Shown: one piece after another, positions 29,585 to 40,572 of the stretch
Layout: each line of letters opens with the position of its first letter
Numbering within the stretch: position 1 is the stretch's first letter
NCBI GenBank assembly: GCA_963828255.1
Contig: CAWHDZ010000003.1
Span: forward strand, 1 to 64,000
Length of the DNA: 64,000 nucleotides
From: an uncultured delta proteobacterium
GTDB lineage: Bacteria > Myxococcota > Myxococcia > Myxococcales > Anaeromyxobacteraceae
Reading direction: 5' to 3'
Notes under the pieces: model-generated
The model's database searches: none
Told to the model about the DNA's origin: nothing
Seen by the model: only the letters and a program-made list of their open reading frames with translations
Program-made: the position numbers and the translations under genes

Positions 29585-30319
29585 ATGGACGAGATTCTCA
29601 AGGAAAAGCTGGCGCTAGGCCGGTTCCACTACGTCCGGCGGGAGTTCGCGCGCGCCGAGCAGTACCTGACCCAGGTGGTGGAGGGGAACCCGAGCTTCGC
29701 CGACGTCTACAACATGCTGGGCGTGTGCTTCCACGACCAGGGGCACTACCAGAAGGCCCAGCGAGCCTTCGAGGCGGCGCTCAGGCTCAATCCAGCCTAC
29801 ACCGACGCGGCCCTCAACCTGGCCATCACCTACAACGACACCGGACGCTACAAGGAGGCGCAGGAGGCCTACCAGCAGGCGCTCAGCACCTCCGGCGCCG
29901 CCCCGGGGCAGCTCGACCACTTCGTCCGCGGCAAGCTCGCCAACATGTACGCCGACATCGGCGACGTGTACCTCTCCTCCGGCCTCTACCCGGAGGCCAT
30001 CGCCGAGATTCGACGCGCCCTCGCGCTATGCCCCACCTTCGTCGACATCCGCGCCCGCCTGGCCGCCGCGCTCCGCGACTCGGGTCGCCGCGACGAGGCC
30101 ATCGTCGAGTACGAGGAAGTGGTCCGCCAGAACCCGTCCTTCGTCCCGGGACGCCTGAACCTCGGGCTCTCCCTTTACGCGGCGGGGCGCAAGGCAGAGG
30201 CTGCCGAGCAGTGGAACGAGGTCCTGCGGGTCTCCCCCGGCAACCACAGCGCCGAGATCTATCTCAAGTTCGCCGGCATGGATCCGTCGGGCGCGCCGCC
30301 GGCCGCGCCACAACCTTAG
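29585..30319 (+). CDS. TPR repeat protein
   Basis: Repeated TPR-like units (ADVYNMLG, AALNLA, GRLNLG). GAGG RBS. Confidence 0.85.
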   Translation: MDEILKEKLALGRFHYVRREFARAEQYLTQVVEGNPSFADVYNMLGVCFHDQGHYQKAQRAFEAALRLNPAYTDAALNLAITYNDTGRYKEAQEAYQQALSTSGAAPGQLDHFVRGKLANMYADIGDVYLSSGLYPEAIAEIRRALALCPTFVDIRARLAAALRDSGRRDEAIVEYEEVVRQNPSFVPGRLNLGLSLYAAGRKAEAAEQWNEVLRVSPGNHSAEIYLKFAGMDPSGAPPAAPQP

Positions 30320-30325
30320 GAGAAG

Positions 30326-31480
30326 ATGAGCGAGAGCCCCCCGCGGCTCACCGCGCTGTCGCACGGCGCCGGTTGAGCCTGCAAGATCCGCCCGGCGGAC
30401 TTGGCGCAGGTCCTGCGCCGCCTTCCGAAGGTGGAGGATGCACGCGCTCTCGTCGGTCACGAGACGCGCGACGACGCGGCCGTGTATCGACTGTCGCCCA
30501 CCGAGGCGATCGTCGAGACCGTCGACTTCTTCACGCCGGTGGTGGACGACCCCTACTGGTTCGGCCGCATCGCCGCGGCAAATGCCTTCTCCGACGTCTG
30601 GGCCATGGGCGGCCGCCCCATCTTCGCGCTCAACCTCGTGGCCTTCCCGGTGGGCAAGTTGCCGATGGAGGTGCTGGCCGAGATCCTCCGCGGCGGTTCG
30701 GAGACCGCCGCACTCGTCGGCGCGCCGATCCTGGGGGGGCACAGCATCGACGACCCCGAGCCCAAGTACGGGATGGCCGTCACCGGTCTGGTCCACCCGG
30801 ATCGCATCCTGCGCAACGTCGGTGCCCGGCCCGGGGACCAGCTCCTTCTCACGAAGCCGCTCGGTTCGGGCATCCTCACCACTGCCATCAAGCGCGGCAC
30901 GGCCACCCCGGAGCAGATCGCGGGCGTCACCGCGGTCATGGCCGAGCTGAACCGGAACGCAGGCGAGGTCCTGGCCGCGAGCGGCGCCGTATCGGCCCTC
31001 ACCGACGTGACCGGGTTCGGGCTGCTCGGGCACGCCTGGGAGATGGCCGAGGGGTCGAAGGTCGCCCTGTACTTCGACGCCTCGGCGATTCCCGTCCAGC
31101 CGGACGCCGTCATGCTCGCCGAGCGGGACGTGGTGCCAGGGGGGAGCAAGGCCAACCTCGCCTGGGTCTCGCCGCACGTCCGCTTCGACGCCGAGGTTCC
31201 GCTCCCGCTTCGCGTCGTTTTCGCGGACGCCCAGACGAACGGCGGACTCCTCGCCGCGGTCCACCCCGACCGGTTCCCGACGGTGATGCGGTTGCTCGCA
31301 GACAGGGGGGTCGCGGCTGCCCACATCGGGGAGGTGCGGAAAAGCTCGGAATTCGCGGTGCCGGACGTGGCCGTGGGGTCCGCGGTGCCGGACGTGGCCG
31401 TGGACGTGGCCGTGCCGGACGTGGCCGTGATCCAGGTGTCGGCGGGCACCCCCTCCCGGATGCGGGGCTCGCGCCCGTGA
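30326..31480 (+). CDS. selD: Selenophosphate synthetase with in-frame selenocysteine UGA (codon 17)
   Basis: MSESPPRLTALSHGAG-TGA(30374)-ACKI, then DDAAVY, TVDFFTPVVDDP, GGHSIDD, TDVTGFG, DAQTNGGLL. Confidence 0.95.
30378..30410 (+). promoter_or_regulatory. Candidate bacterial SECIS hairpin
   Basis: CCTGC/GCAGG, AAG/CTT and TCCG/CGGA pairings immediately 3' of the UGA. Confidence 0.65.
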
Positions 31481-32271
31481 CCCCCGCCCTCGTTCTCGCC
31501 CTCCTCCTCGCCGGCTCGCCCGCCGCCGCTCCCGCCCCGCCCGCCTTCACCGTGGTCCTCGACCCCGGACACGGCGGCGAGAAGGACGGCGCCCTCTCGG
31601 TGGAGGGACGCGCGGAAAAGGACATCACGTTGCAGATCGCCCGGCTCCTCCGGAAGAAGCTCGAGAAGCAGGGGGCGCGGGTCGTGCTCACCCGGACGGC
31701 GGACGTCACCGTGGACCTCCCGCGCCGGGCCGCCATTGCCAACGCGGAGGAGGCCGACCTCTTCGTCTCCCTCCACCTCAACTCCGTGCCGGGCGGCCCC
31801 GGCTCCCCGGCCCGCGGCATCGAGACCTACTTCCTCTCCGCCGACGCCACCGACGCCTCGGCGAGCGCCGTCGCAGCCCGCGAGAACGCCGACCGACCCC
31901 GCAGCGACCCGACCGACGCCGTGGGCGGCATCCTCGAGGACCTCGAGGACCAGGCGAACCTGGCCGAGAGCTCCCGCCTCGCCCAGGCCATCCACGGCGC
32001 GCTGGTGCATGGCACACGGGCGCCGGACCGGGGCGTGAAGCAGGCCCCCTTCCACGTGCTCAATGGCGCGCGCATGGCGGCGGTGCTGCTCGAGCTAGGG
32101 TTCGTCTCCCACCCGGTCGAGGGAAAGGAGCTCGCCCGGCCGGCGCGGCAGGAGGCCATCGCCGGCTCGATCGCCGCCGGGATCGCCGCCTGGCGTCGCG
32201 CCGGGACCGCTGATGCGGCGCCCCCGCAGGCGCCCCCGCAGTCGCCCTCCGCCTCGTCCGCCTCGCGCTAG
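31477..32271 (+). CDS. N-acetylmuramoyl-L-alanine amidase (Amidase_3)
   Basis: [40 protein letters not shown] overlaps the selD stop. Confidence 0.9.
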   Translation: MTPALVLALLLAGSPAAAPAPPAFTVVLDPGHGGEKDGALSVEGRAEKDITLQIARLLRKKLEKQGARVVLTRTADVTVDLPRRAAIANAEEADLFVSLHLNSVPGGPGSPARGIETYFLSADATDASASAVAARENADRPRSDPTDAVGGILEDLEDQANLAESSRLAQAIHGALVHGTRAPDRGVKQAPFHVLNGARMAAVLLELGFVSHPVEGKELARPARQEAIAGSIAAGIAAWRRAGTADAAPPQAPPQSPSASSASR

Positions 32272-32330
32272 TTCCCGCCAGCTCCCCCCAGGTCGCGCCA
32301 GGACCCTCCCGCGGTTATGATGCGCGCCCC

Positions 32331-33050
32331 ATGCGCGCCAACGGTAGGCAGGCCGGCCAGCTCCGGCCCATCTCTCTCGACGTGAACGTCTCGAAGCACG
32401 CCGAGGGCTCCTGCCTGGCCCGCTTCGGCGACACCCACGTCCTCTGCACCGCCAGCCTGGAGAACCGGGTCCCCCCCCACGTGCTCGGCACCGGCGCCGG
32501 CTGGGTCACCGCCGAGTACGGCATGCTCCCCCGTTCCACCAACGAGCGCATGGCCCGCGAGGCGGCCCGCGGCAAGCAGGGCGGCCGGACCCTCGAGATC
32601 CAGCGGCTCATCGGCCGGGCCCTGCGGGCATCCATCGACCTGTCCCGGCTCGGTCCCCGCACCCTCACCATCGACTGCGACGTGATCCAGGCCGACGGCG
32701 GCACCCGCACCGCGGCCATCACGGGCGGCTTCGTGGCGCTCGCGCTGGCGGTGAAGAAGCTGCAGAAGGCCGGCGTCGTGAAGGGCGCCCCCATCGTCCG
32801 GCACGTGGCCGCGGTCAGCGTCGGGGTGGTGGGCGGGGAGGTCCGGCTCGACCTCGAGTACGAGGAGGACTCCACCGCCGAGGTGGACATGAACGTGGTG
32901 GCCACCGGCGACCTCGACCTGGTGGAGGTGCAGGGAACCGCCGAGGGAAAGGCCTTCGGCCGCACCCAGCTCGACCAGATGCTCGACAGCGCGCTGGCCG
33001 GAATCGCCGAGCTCAAGGTCCTCCAGGAGAGGGCGCTCGTCGCCCCGTGA
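32331..33050 (+). CDS. rph: Ribonuclease PH
   Basis: [46 protein letters not shown]. Confidence 0.97.
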   Translation: MRANGRQAGQLRPISLDVNVSKHAEGSCLARFGDTHVLCTASLENRVPPHVLGTGAGWVTAEYGMLPRSTNERMAREAARGKQGGRTLEIQRLIGRALRASIDLSRLGPRTLTIDCDVIQADGGTRTAAITGGFVALALAVKKLQKAGVVKGAPIVRHVAAVSVGVVGGEVRLDLEYEEDSTAEVDMNVVATGDLDLVEVQGTAEGKAFGRTQLDQMLDSALAGIAELKVLQERALVAP

Positions 33051-33080
33051 GCGACGCCGCGCCGTGACCACGTGCCACCG

Positions 33081-33722
33081 ATGAACCTGCTCTTCGCCAC
33101 CCGCAACCCGGGCAAGCTCCGGGAGCTGCGCCGGCTCGTCACCGGGCTCGACGTCCGGGTGGTCTCCCTGGACGACCTGGAGCGTGACCAGGGACTGAAG
33201 CTGCCCGAGGTCGAGGAGGACCGCTCCACCTTCGCCGGGAACGCCGCGAAGAAGGCCACGGAGAACGCCCGCGCCGCCGGCATGCACGCGCTGGCCGACG
33301 ACTCGGGGCTCTGCATCGACGCGCTCTGGGGCAAGCCCGGGATCCGCTCGGCGCGCTGGTCGGAGGACGAGCGCCCCGGCCTCTCCGGCGCCGACCGCGA
33401 CCGAGCCAACAACGAGAAGCTCCTGATGGTGATGCAGGGGGTCTGGCCCGAGCACCGGGGCGCCGCGTACCGGGCCGTGGTGGCGCTCTCCGCCCCCGAC
33501 GGGACCATCCTGGCCTCGGCCGAGGGAAGCTGCCGGGGCGTGATCGGCGAGGCGCCGCGCGGGGAGGGGGGCTTCGGCTACGACCCGCTCTTCCTCCCCG
33601 AGGGCGCCCCCGGGAAGACCATGGCCGAGCTCGACGCCCCGGAGAAGGACGGGCTCTCCCACCGGGGCGAGGCGCTGCGCCGTCTCCTCCCCGAACTGCG
33701 CCGGATCTCAGCCAACCTTTGA
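33081..33722 (+). CDS. rdgB: dITP/XTP pyrophosphatase
   Basis: ATRNPGKLRE, ALADDSGL, GFGYDPLF, SHRG. Confidence 0.95.
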   Translation: MNLLFATRNPGKLRELRRLVTGLDVRVVSLDDLERDQGLKLPEVEEDRSTFAGNAAKKATENARAAGMHALADDSGLCIDALWGKPGIRSARWSEDERPGLSGADRDRANNEKLLMVMQGVWPEHRGAAYRAVVALSAPDGTILASAEGSCRGVIGEAPRGEGGFGYDPLFLPEGAPGKTMAELDAPEKDGLSHRGEALRRLLPELRRISANL

Positions 33723-33792
33723 CAAAACCCCGGCGGGACGCTAGACACGGCGCTCCCGGGCCCGGTCGGACGGGAGAAATGTCGTACAGTGC

Positions 33793-33866
33793 CGGGGCGT
33801 AGCGCAGCCTGGTAGCGCGCCTGCCTTGGGCGCAGGAGGTCGCCGGTCCGAATCCGGCCGCCCCGA
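33793..33866 (+). tRNA. tRNA-Pro(TGG)
   Basis: CGGGGCG acceptor stem, anticodon arm CCTGC-CT TGG GC-GCAGG. CCA not encoded. Confidence 0.92.
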
Positions 33867-33934
33867 CTCTTTGAAAGCCGAATCGGATGGCCGGGAAGGA
33901 CGACATCCCGGAGCACGGAGGACGGGGCCGACTT

Positions 33935-34011
33935 GCGCCCGTAGCTCAGTTGGATAGAGCAGCGGCCTTCTAAGCCGCGGGTCGGGGGTTCGACTCCCTC
34001 CGGGCGCGCCA
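33935..34011 (+). tRNA. tRNA-Arg(TCT)
   Basis: GCGGC-CT TCT AA-GCCGC, GGTTCGA T-loop, CCA end. Confidence 0.96.
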
Positions 34012-34020
34012 ACATTTTAC

Positions 34021-34097
34021 GGTGAGTGTAGCTCAATCGGTAGAGCACTGGACTGTGGATCCGGGGGTTGAGGGTTCGAGCCCCTTCACTCACCCCA
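34021..34097 (+). tRNA. tRNA-His(GTG)
   Basis: G-1 present, CTGGA-CT GTG GA-TCCGG, CCA end. Confidence 0.96.
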
Positions 34098-34129
34098 TTC
34101 TTCTCCGGCTGCGGGGTCGCCCGCCGCCT

Positions 34130-34206
34130 GCGCCCGTAGCTCAGTTGGATAGAGCGTCGGCCTTCGAAGCCGCAGGTCGGGGGTTCGATTCCCTCCGGGC
34201 GCGCCA
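34130..34206 (+). tRNA. tRNA-Arg(TCG)
   Basis: CGGC-CT TCG AA-GCCG, CCA end. Confidence 0.95.
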
Positions 34207-34235
34207 TTGACAACCCCGGGGACGGCTGGTAGATC
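34207..34235 (+). promoter_or_regulatory. Probable sigma70 promoter upstream of tRNA-Lys
   Basis: TTGACA-17 nt-TAGATC. Confidence 0.45.
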
Positions 34236-34277
34236 GCCGCCCCTCGCCAGAGCCATCCGAAGAACCCCGATGTTTCC

Positions 34278-34353
34278 GGGCGCATAGCTCAACTGGCAGA
34301 GCAATGGACTCTTAATCCATAGGTTGAAGGTTCGATTCCTTCTGCGCTCACCA
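34278..34353 (+). tRNA. tRNA-Lys(CTT)
   Basis: ATGGA-CT CTT AA-TCCAT, CCA end. Confidence 0.96.
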
Positions 34354-34355
34354 CT

Positions 34356-34390
34356 GGCCCCCCTGGATCCCTTCCGGGGGGGCCTTTCTC
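34356..34390 (+). terminator. Rho-independent terminator after the tRNA cluster
   Basis: GGCCCCCCTGGA...TCCGGGGGGGCC stem followed by TTTCT. Confidence 0.7.
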
Positions 34391-34793
34391 ACTTCTTCCC
34401 GCCCTGGATGAGGCCGAAGCGCGGCTTCTTCCGCTCCGGCGGGCGCAGCGTCCCCGAGACCACCGACGTCCAGGGGAAGGCCACCTCCTTGCGCATCCCC
34501 TTGAAGGTGAGCTCGCAGCGGATCCCCCACTCGTCGAGCATCACCTCCGGCGCGTCCCGGCCGGCCACCACGTTGAGCCGCACCAGCTGCTCCTCGCGCA
34601 GGTACTCGGGGAGATCGACGCCGGCCACACCCGGGGCCACCATCACCCACTCGATGGCGGCGGCCTCCCGGCAGGCCGCCAGCATCTCCGCGTGGCGCTG
34701 CTGCAGGAAGTAGAAGTGGAGGGCCCACTCGCTCCAGCGCGGACAGGCCGGAGTGCATGCGGCCTCGGGGTCGTGAGCGTGCGGGGCGTCCAC
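34389..34793 (-). CDS. SspB-like small protein
   Basis: GVDLPEYL...LN...[13 protein letters not shown]...FPWTSV and a C-terminal FGLIQGGKK tail. Start uncertain. Confidence 0.6.
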   Translation of the reverse strand: MDAPHAHDPEAACTPACPRWSEWALHFYFLQQRHAEMLAACREAAAIEWVMVAPGVAGVDLPEYLREEQLVRLNVVAGRDAPEVMLDEWGIRCELTFKGMRKEVAFPWTSVVSGTLRPPERKKPRFGLIQGGKK

Positions 34794-34864
34794 GGGGGTG
34801 GTTCTACAACGAAACGGGGTGCGCCGGCCCGGGCCCTGATCGGATAGTCTCCCCGAAAGTCCGC

Positions 34865-34946
34865 GGGCGGGTGGCGGAACTGGCAGACGCGCCGGACTTA
34901 GGATCCGGTGCCGCAAGGCATGAGGGTTCGAGTCCCTCCCCGCCCA
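34865..34946 (+). tRNA. tRNA-Leu(TAG)
   Basis: GGCGGAACTGGCAGACGCG D-arm, CCGGA-CT TAG GA-TCCGG, long variable arm. Confidence 0.95.
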
Positions 34947-35015
34947 CTTTCCCTTGACCCGGCGCCTTCGCGGCCGTAGGTCTATGCCCCCGTTCCGCTT
35001 GAAGGAATTCCCCGA

Positions 35016-36296
35016 ATGAAGATCCAGGTAGAGAAGCTCTCCCCCGTGGAGAAGAAGGTCACCGTCGAGATCGAGGCCGCCGAGGTGGCCAAGGAGATCG
35101 ATCGCGCCTACAGCGCCCTGGGCCGCCGCGCCAAGCTGCGCGGCTTCCGCCCCGGCAAGGCCCCCCGCACGGTGCTCGAGCGCAACTTCAAGGATCAGGT
35201 CGAGGCCGACGTGGTCGAGCGGCTCGTCCAGAAGAGCTTCGAGGAGGCCACCAAGCAGGAGGACCTCGACGCCGTGGCCGCACCGCGCGTGCAGGTGGGC
35301 GAGGGGGGCGTCGGTGCGGACCGGCCCTTCTCCTACACCGCCCGCGTCGAGGTGAAGCCGGTCATCGTCCCCAAGGACTACCGGGGCATCACCGTGACCC
35401 GGAAGCCGGTGGAGATCACCGACGCCGCCGTGGACGCCGAGGTGGAGCGGCTGCACCAGTCCTACGGCGAGATGGTGGACGTGGAGGGGCGCGACATCGC
35501 CGAGGAGGGCGACTGGGCGGTCATCGACTACCAGGGCAGCGTCGAGGGCAAGCCCTTCGACGGCGGAACCGCCGAGGGAGCGCTCATCCAGGTGAAGGAC
35601 GGCAACTTCTTCGCCGGCGAGATGGCGGCGCTCCTGGGGCGCAAGGTCGGCGAGTCCTTCGAGACCGAGCAGCACTTCCCGGTCGATTTCCGCGACACCG
35701 CCCTGGCCGGCAAGCCGGGGAAGTTCGCCATCACCGTGAAGTCGCTGCGCGCCCAGAGGATCCCGCCCCTCGACGACGCCTTCGCCAAGGAGGTCGGCAT
35801 CGATGGGGTGGAGACGCTGCCCGCGCTCAGGGACCGCATCCGCACCGACCTGGGGAAGCGCGAGAAGAGGCGCGCCGAGGCCGAGGAGCGGGACGCGCTG
35901 GTGAAGGGCGCGCTCGAGAAGAACGACTTCGAGGTTCCGCCGGCGCTGATCGAGCGGACCATCGACGCCATGGTGGAGAACACGGCGCAGCGGCTGGCCC
36001 GCCAGGGCGTGGACCTTCGAACGCTCGACCTCGACCTGGCCCGCATCCGCACCGACATGCGGGAGCAGGCGGTGCTCACCGTGAAGGCGGCGCTGCTCCT
36101 CGAGGCCATCGCGCTGGCCGAGAAGGTCGAGGTGGGCGAGCAGGAGGAGCAGGAGGAGATCCAGCGCCGTGCCGACGAGATGGGGGTGCCCCCCTCCCGG
36201 CTCCAGGTGAAGGGCGAGGGGCGCCAGGCGCTGCGCCAGCGCATCCGCGAGGACAAGGTCGTGGCGATCCTCGCCGCCGCCGCTATCTTCCAGTAG
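35016..36296 (+). CDS. tig: Trigger factor
   Basis: GFRPGKAP ribosome-binding motif, FKBP-like middle domain, located upstream of clpP. Confidence 0.96.
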   Translation: MKIQVEKLSPVEKKVTVEIEAAEVAKEIDRAYSALGRRAKLRGFRPGKAPRTVLERNFKDQVEADVVERLVQKSFEEATKQEDLDAVAAPRVQVGEGGVGADRPFSYTARVEVKPVIVPKDYRGITVTRKPVEITDAAVDAEVERLHQSYGEMVDVEGRDIAEEGDWAVIDYQGSVEGKPFDGGTAEGALIQVKDGNFFAGEMAALLGRKVGESFETEQHFPVDFRDTALAGKPGKFAITVKSLRAQRIPPLDDAFAKEVGIDGVETLPALRDRIRTDLGKREKRRAEAEERDALVKGALEKNDFEVPPALIERTIDAMVENTAQRLARQGVDLRTLDLDLARIRTDMREQAVLTVKAALLLEAIALAEKVEVGEQEEQEEIQRRADEMGVPPSRLQVKGEGRQALRQRIREDKVVAILAAAAIFQ

Positions 36297-36329
36297 AGGG
36301 TCCCGCCGGAGCGGCGCCCAGGAGGAACG

Positions 36330-36935
36330 ATGCCCTACATCCCGATGCCGTACGTGATCGAGCAGACCCACCGGGGCGAGCGCTCCTACGACATCTACTC
36401 GCGCCTGCTCAAGGACCGCATCATCTTCATCGGAACGGCCATCGACGACGACGTGGCCAACGTGGTCACCGCCCAGCTCCTCTTCCTCGAGTCGGAGGAC
36501 CCGGAGAAGGACGTCTCCATCTACATCAACAGCCCGGGCGGCTCGGTGACCTCGGGCCTGGCCATCTACGACACCATGCAGTACGTGAAGCCGCCGGTCT
36601 CCACCATCTGCCTGGGGCAGGCGGCCAGCATGGCGGCGGTGCTGCTCTCGGCGGGCGCCAAGGGCAAGCGCTTCGGCGTCCCCAACGCGCGCATCATGAT
36701 CCACCAGCTCTCCGGGGGCTTCTCCGGCCAGGCCAGCGACATCGAGATCCAGGCCCGGGAGGCGCTGCGGCTCAAGCACTCCCTCGACGAGATCCTGGCC
36801 CGCCACTCCGGCCAGCCCATCGAGCGGATCTCCAAGGACACCGACCGGGACTACTTCATGTCGCCGCAGGAGGCCAAGGATTACGGCCTCATCGACGAGG
36901 TGATCGTCACGAAGAAGGCGGCCGAGGCCAAGTAG
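36330..36935 (+). CDS. clpP: ATP-dependent Clp protease proteolytic subunit
   Basis: [35 protein letters not shown]. Confidence 0.98.
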   Translation: MPYIPMPYVIEQTHRGERSYDIYSRLLKDRIIFIGTAIDDDVANVVTAQLLFLESEDPEKDVSIYINSPGGSVTSGLAIYDTMQYVKPPVSTICLGQAASMAAVLLSAGAKGKRFGVPNARIMIHQLSGGFSGQASDIEIQAREALRLKHSLDEILARHSGQPIERISKDTDRDYFMSPQEAKDYGLIDEVIVTKKAAEAK

Positions 36936-36950
36936 CGCTAGGATCAGGGG

Positions 36951-38198
<1,248 letters not shown>

Positions 38199-38242
38199 AT
38201 TCGCGGCAGGACGTCCAACACCAACATCGGAGGGGATGCACG

Positions 38243-38563
38243 ATGAAGAGGATTGCGATGGCTCTCGTGGCGGGCGCCACGTTGTCGGGTTGTGCCGGCC
38301 TGGCGTTCGCCGGTCGCGCCAATGGCTCCATGGGCATCTACTCGGAGACCAAGGCCAATGACCAGATCACCGACGAGACCCTGACGGCCAAGACGGGCGA
38401 GGCCTGCTCCACCTCCATCCTCGGCCTGGTCACGACCGGTGACTCGTCGGTGCCGACCGCCGCGAAGAACGGTGGCATCAAGAAGATCGTGTCGGTCGAC
38501 AACAACTTCATGCAGGTGCTCGGCGTCTACGCCAAGTTCTGCACGGTCGTCACGGGCGAGTAG
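38243..38563 (+). CDS. TRL-like small lipoprotein
   Basis: LSGC lipobox, [20 protein letters not shown]...GGIKKI..VD...FCTVVTGE. Confidence 0.8.
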   Translation: MKRIAMALVAGATLSGCAGLAFAGRANGSMGIYSETKANDQITDETLTAKTGEACSTSILGLVTTGDSSVPTAAKNGGIKKIVSVDNNFMQVLGVYAKFCTVVTGE

Positions 38564-38565
38564 CG

Positions 38566-38670
38566 CGTCCCGACGTACCGGAACCAGACCAGAGCGTCGA
38601 CGTCGGCCCGGCCGGTGGGTCGGTTCCACGTGGGCGGCTCCCGCAGCCAACGCTCGTCGAGGGCGTTGAG
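38566..38670 (-). pseudogene. Diverged duplicate of the 3' end of the class V aminotransferase gene
   Basis: [28 protein letters not shown] versus [28 protein letters not shown] at about 40560-40650. Exact 33-bp match at 38597-38629 and 40591-40623. Confidence 0.85.
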
Positions 38671-38856
38671 CAGGAGAGCGCCTGACCCCCCTGCGCTTTT
38701 GAGGGGCTGTCGTTCGGCCGGGGTGCTTCCGCAGCGGCCCACGGCCCAGCCGGGACGCCCCGACACGGGACTTGTTCTCTCCCACCCAGGGGCAGACTCT
38801 GCGAATGAAAGGGCGGGCACGCCCGCTTCGCGCCAGCATCGGCCCAGGCGACCACC

Positions 38857-39627
38857 ATGGGAAACGATTTCCTCGGTGTGGAGACGGTGGAGGCCCGCAC
38901 CTCGATGGGCCCGGTGCGGCTCCCCGTCCTGTACGCGGACGGCACGGCGCTGCTGGCGTTCTTCTGGGTGGATCCGGTCCGGGCGCGGCGGTTGCTGGAG
39001 GGCTCCGGGCTCGAGCCGCTTCGCTTCCCGGGCCGGCGAGCGCTGCTGGCGCTGGGGTTCTATGACTATCGGGAGACGACCATCGGCCCGTACCACGAGG
39101 TGGGCTCGGCCCTGGCGGTGGTCCCGACCGGTGCGCCGTCCTCCGGGCTTGCCGCGCTGGAACTGGTGCGTGCCGCGCAACGGCGACGCGCGGGCTACCA
39201 CATCCTCGACCTGCCGGTCTCGACACCCATCGCCGATGTCGGTGGGCGGGAGCTCTGGGGCCTCCCGAAGTTCCTGACCCAGCTTCCGCTCCGCGTCGGG
39301 ACGAGCAGCGTCGAGGGTCAGGTGCTGGATCCGGGCGGGGCAGTCCCGCTCCTCACGCTGTCGGGAACGGTTGGCTGGCGCTGGCCCGGGCCCGCGCTCG
39401 ACCTGGTGCTCTACTCCCACCTGAAAGGGCGGAGGCTGCGCACCGTGGTCCACGTGAGAGGACCATTCCGCTTCTCCTCCGGGAGCGAGGTCCAGCTGGC
39501 GCTCGGGCCTGGTCGTCATCGCATGACCGAGAACCTGCGGGCTCTCGGTGTCGACAGGGCGCGCCCGTTCGCGGTTGGATGCTGTCTGCGGTACCGGGCC
39601 CGGCTGCACGCGGGCGAGCCCGCCTGA
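38857..39627 (+). CDS. Acetoacetate decarboxylase-like family protein
   Basis: [18 protein letters not shown]....GRELWGLPK. Confidence 0.75.
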   Translation: MGNDFLGVETVEARTSMGPVRLPVLYADGTALLAFFWVDPVRARRLLEGSGLEPLRFPGRRALLALGFYDYRETTIGPYHEVGSALAVVPTGAPSSGLAALELVRAAQRRRAGYHILDLPVSTPIADVGGRELWGLPKFLTQLPLRVGTSSVEGQVLDPGGAVPLLTLSGTVGWRWPGPALDLVLYSHLKGRRLRTVVHVRGPFRFSSGSEVQLALGPGRHRMTENLRALGVDRARPFAVGCCLRYRARLHAGEPA

Positions 39628-39666
39628 CCCCTCGCCCGCGCTGGACGCGCTCCATGGAGGTGGATC

Positions 39667-40572
39667 ATGCCCGCAGGCCCCGCCGCCCCGCCGTCCACGC
39701 CCGAGCCCAGCTCGCCAACGATGTCGGTACAGACGCCCATGGGCAGGTGGGTCTACACCATCCACGGAGCGAAACACCGACCCGACGACCCGGACATCCT
39801 CCTCCTGCATGGGCTCTTCGTCGACTCCAGCCTCTGGCGAGCGCAGATCGAACCCCTGGCACGCCTCGGTCGAGTGGTGGCGCTCGACCTTCCTGGCCAC
39901 GGTGCGAGCGAGGTGCCCCCGCCGTTCGATCTCGAGGAGCATGCGGATGCGCTTGCCGGCGCGCTGCCGGCGATGCACATCCGGCGCGCGGTCTGCGTGG
40001 GCTGGTCCTGGGGTGCGGCGCTGTCCCTGCTGCTCGCCGTGCGCCACCCGGCGTTCGTGAGCGCGCTCGCCGTGCTCGACGCCAGCGCCGAGAAGCAGAC
40101 ACCGTACCGCAAGGCGAAGTTCGGGCTTCTCGTCGCCTACGTTCGTCGCTTCGGGCTGCCGCCATGGCTCGCGCGTTCCCAGATCGCCCCGCTCATGCTG
40201 GCTCCACGGTCGCGTCGGGAGCGTCCGAAGCTCGTGGAGGAATTCGTGCGAAGCGCCACCTCGCTCCCCCGTGAAGCACTGGTTCGCGCGGCCATGGCAG
40301 TCGCCATCGATGCGCCGGACATCCTCGGGCGCCTGGACAGGGTGACGGTTCCAACCCTGGTTCTCTGCGGCAGGGAGGATCGCGGCAATCCGCCCTCGCT
40401 GAGCCAGCACATCGCTGGCGCCATCGCCGGTGCGCGCTTCGAGTGGATAGAGGGGGCAGGCCACCTGGCACCGATGGAACGACCGGAGGAGGTGAACCGC
40501 TTGCTGATCCCCTTCGTCGCTGCGCAGGGTTCGCGATGCGCGCGCCCCTACATCCCCTCCGTCTCCACGTAG
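39667..40572 (+). CDS. Alpha/beta hydrolase
   Basis: LLLHG, DLPGHGAS, GWSWG nucleophile elbow, GRED, AGH. Start may be 39721. Confidence 0.88.
   Translation: MPAGPAAPPSTPEPSSPTMSVQTPMGRWVYTIHGAKHRPDDPDILLLHGLFVDSSLWRAQIEPLARLGRVVALDLPGHGASEVPPPFDLEEHADALAGALPAMHIRRAVCVGWSWGAALSLLLAVRHPAFVSALAVLDASAEKQTPYRKAKFGLLVAYVRRFGLPPWLARSQIAPLMLAPRSRRERPKLVEEFVRSATSLPREALVRAAMAVAIDAPDILGRLDRVTVPTLVLCGREDRGNPPSLSQHIAGAIAGARFEWIEGAGHLAPMERPEEVNRLLIPFVAAQGSRCARPYIPSVST

Larger units (their letters stand above)
13350..32804. repeat. Dispersed motif GGTGCCGGACRT, 27 copies of the core GTGCCGGAC/GTCCGGCAC
   Basis: Plus-form cores at 13350, 13921, 14593, 14785, 17813, 18650, 19163, 21488, 22083, 22381, 23058, 27666, 28889, 31358, 31385, 31412. 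Minus-form at 15285, 16080, 19365, 20729, 23637, 24605, 25737, 25787, 29440, 29478, 32796. Found by eye. Confidence 0.9.

Noticed and set aside
13350..32804. Motif copies or the 38-bp/27-bp units as a CRISPR array
   Set aside because: There is no regular repeat-spacer periodicity, the repeats are too short, both orientations occur, and no cas genes are present.
33793..34946. tRNA-anchored genomic island
   Set aside because: I saw no integrase and no duplicated tRNA 3' end elsewhere. The similarity between the two Arg tRNAs reflects two complete genes.
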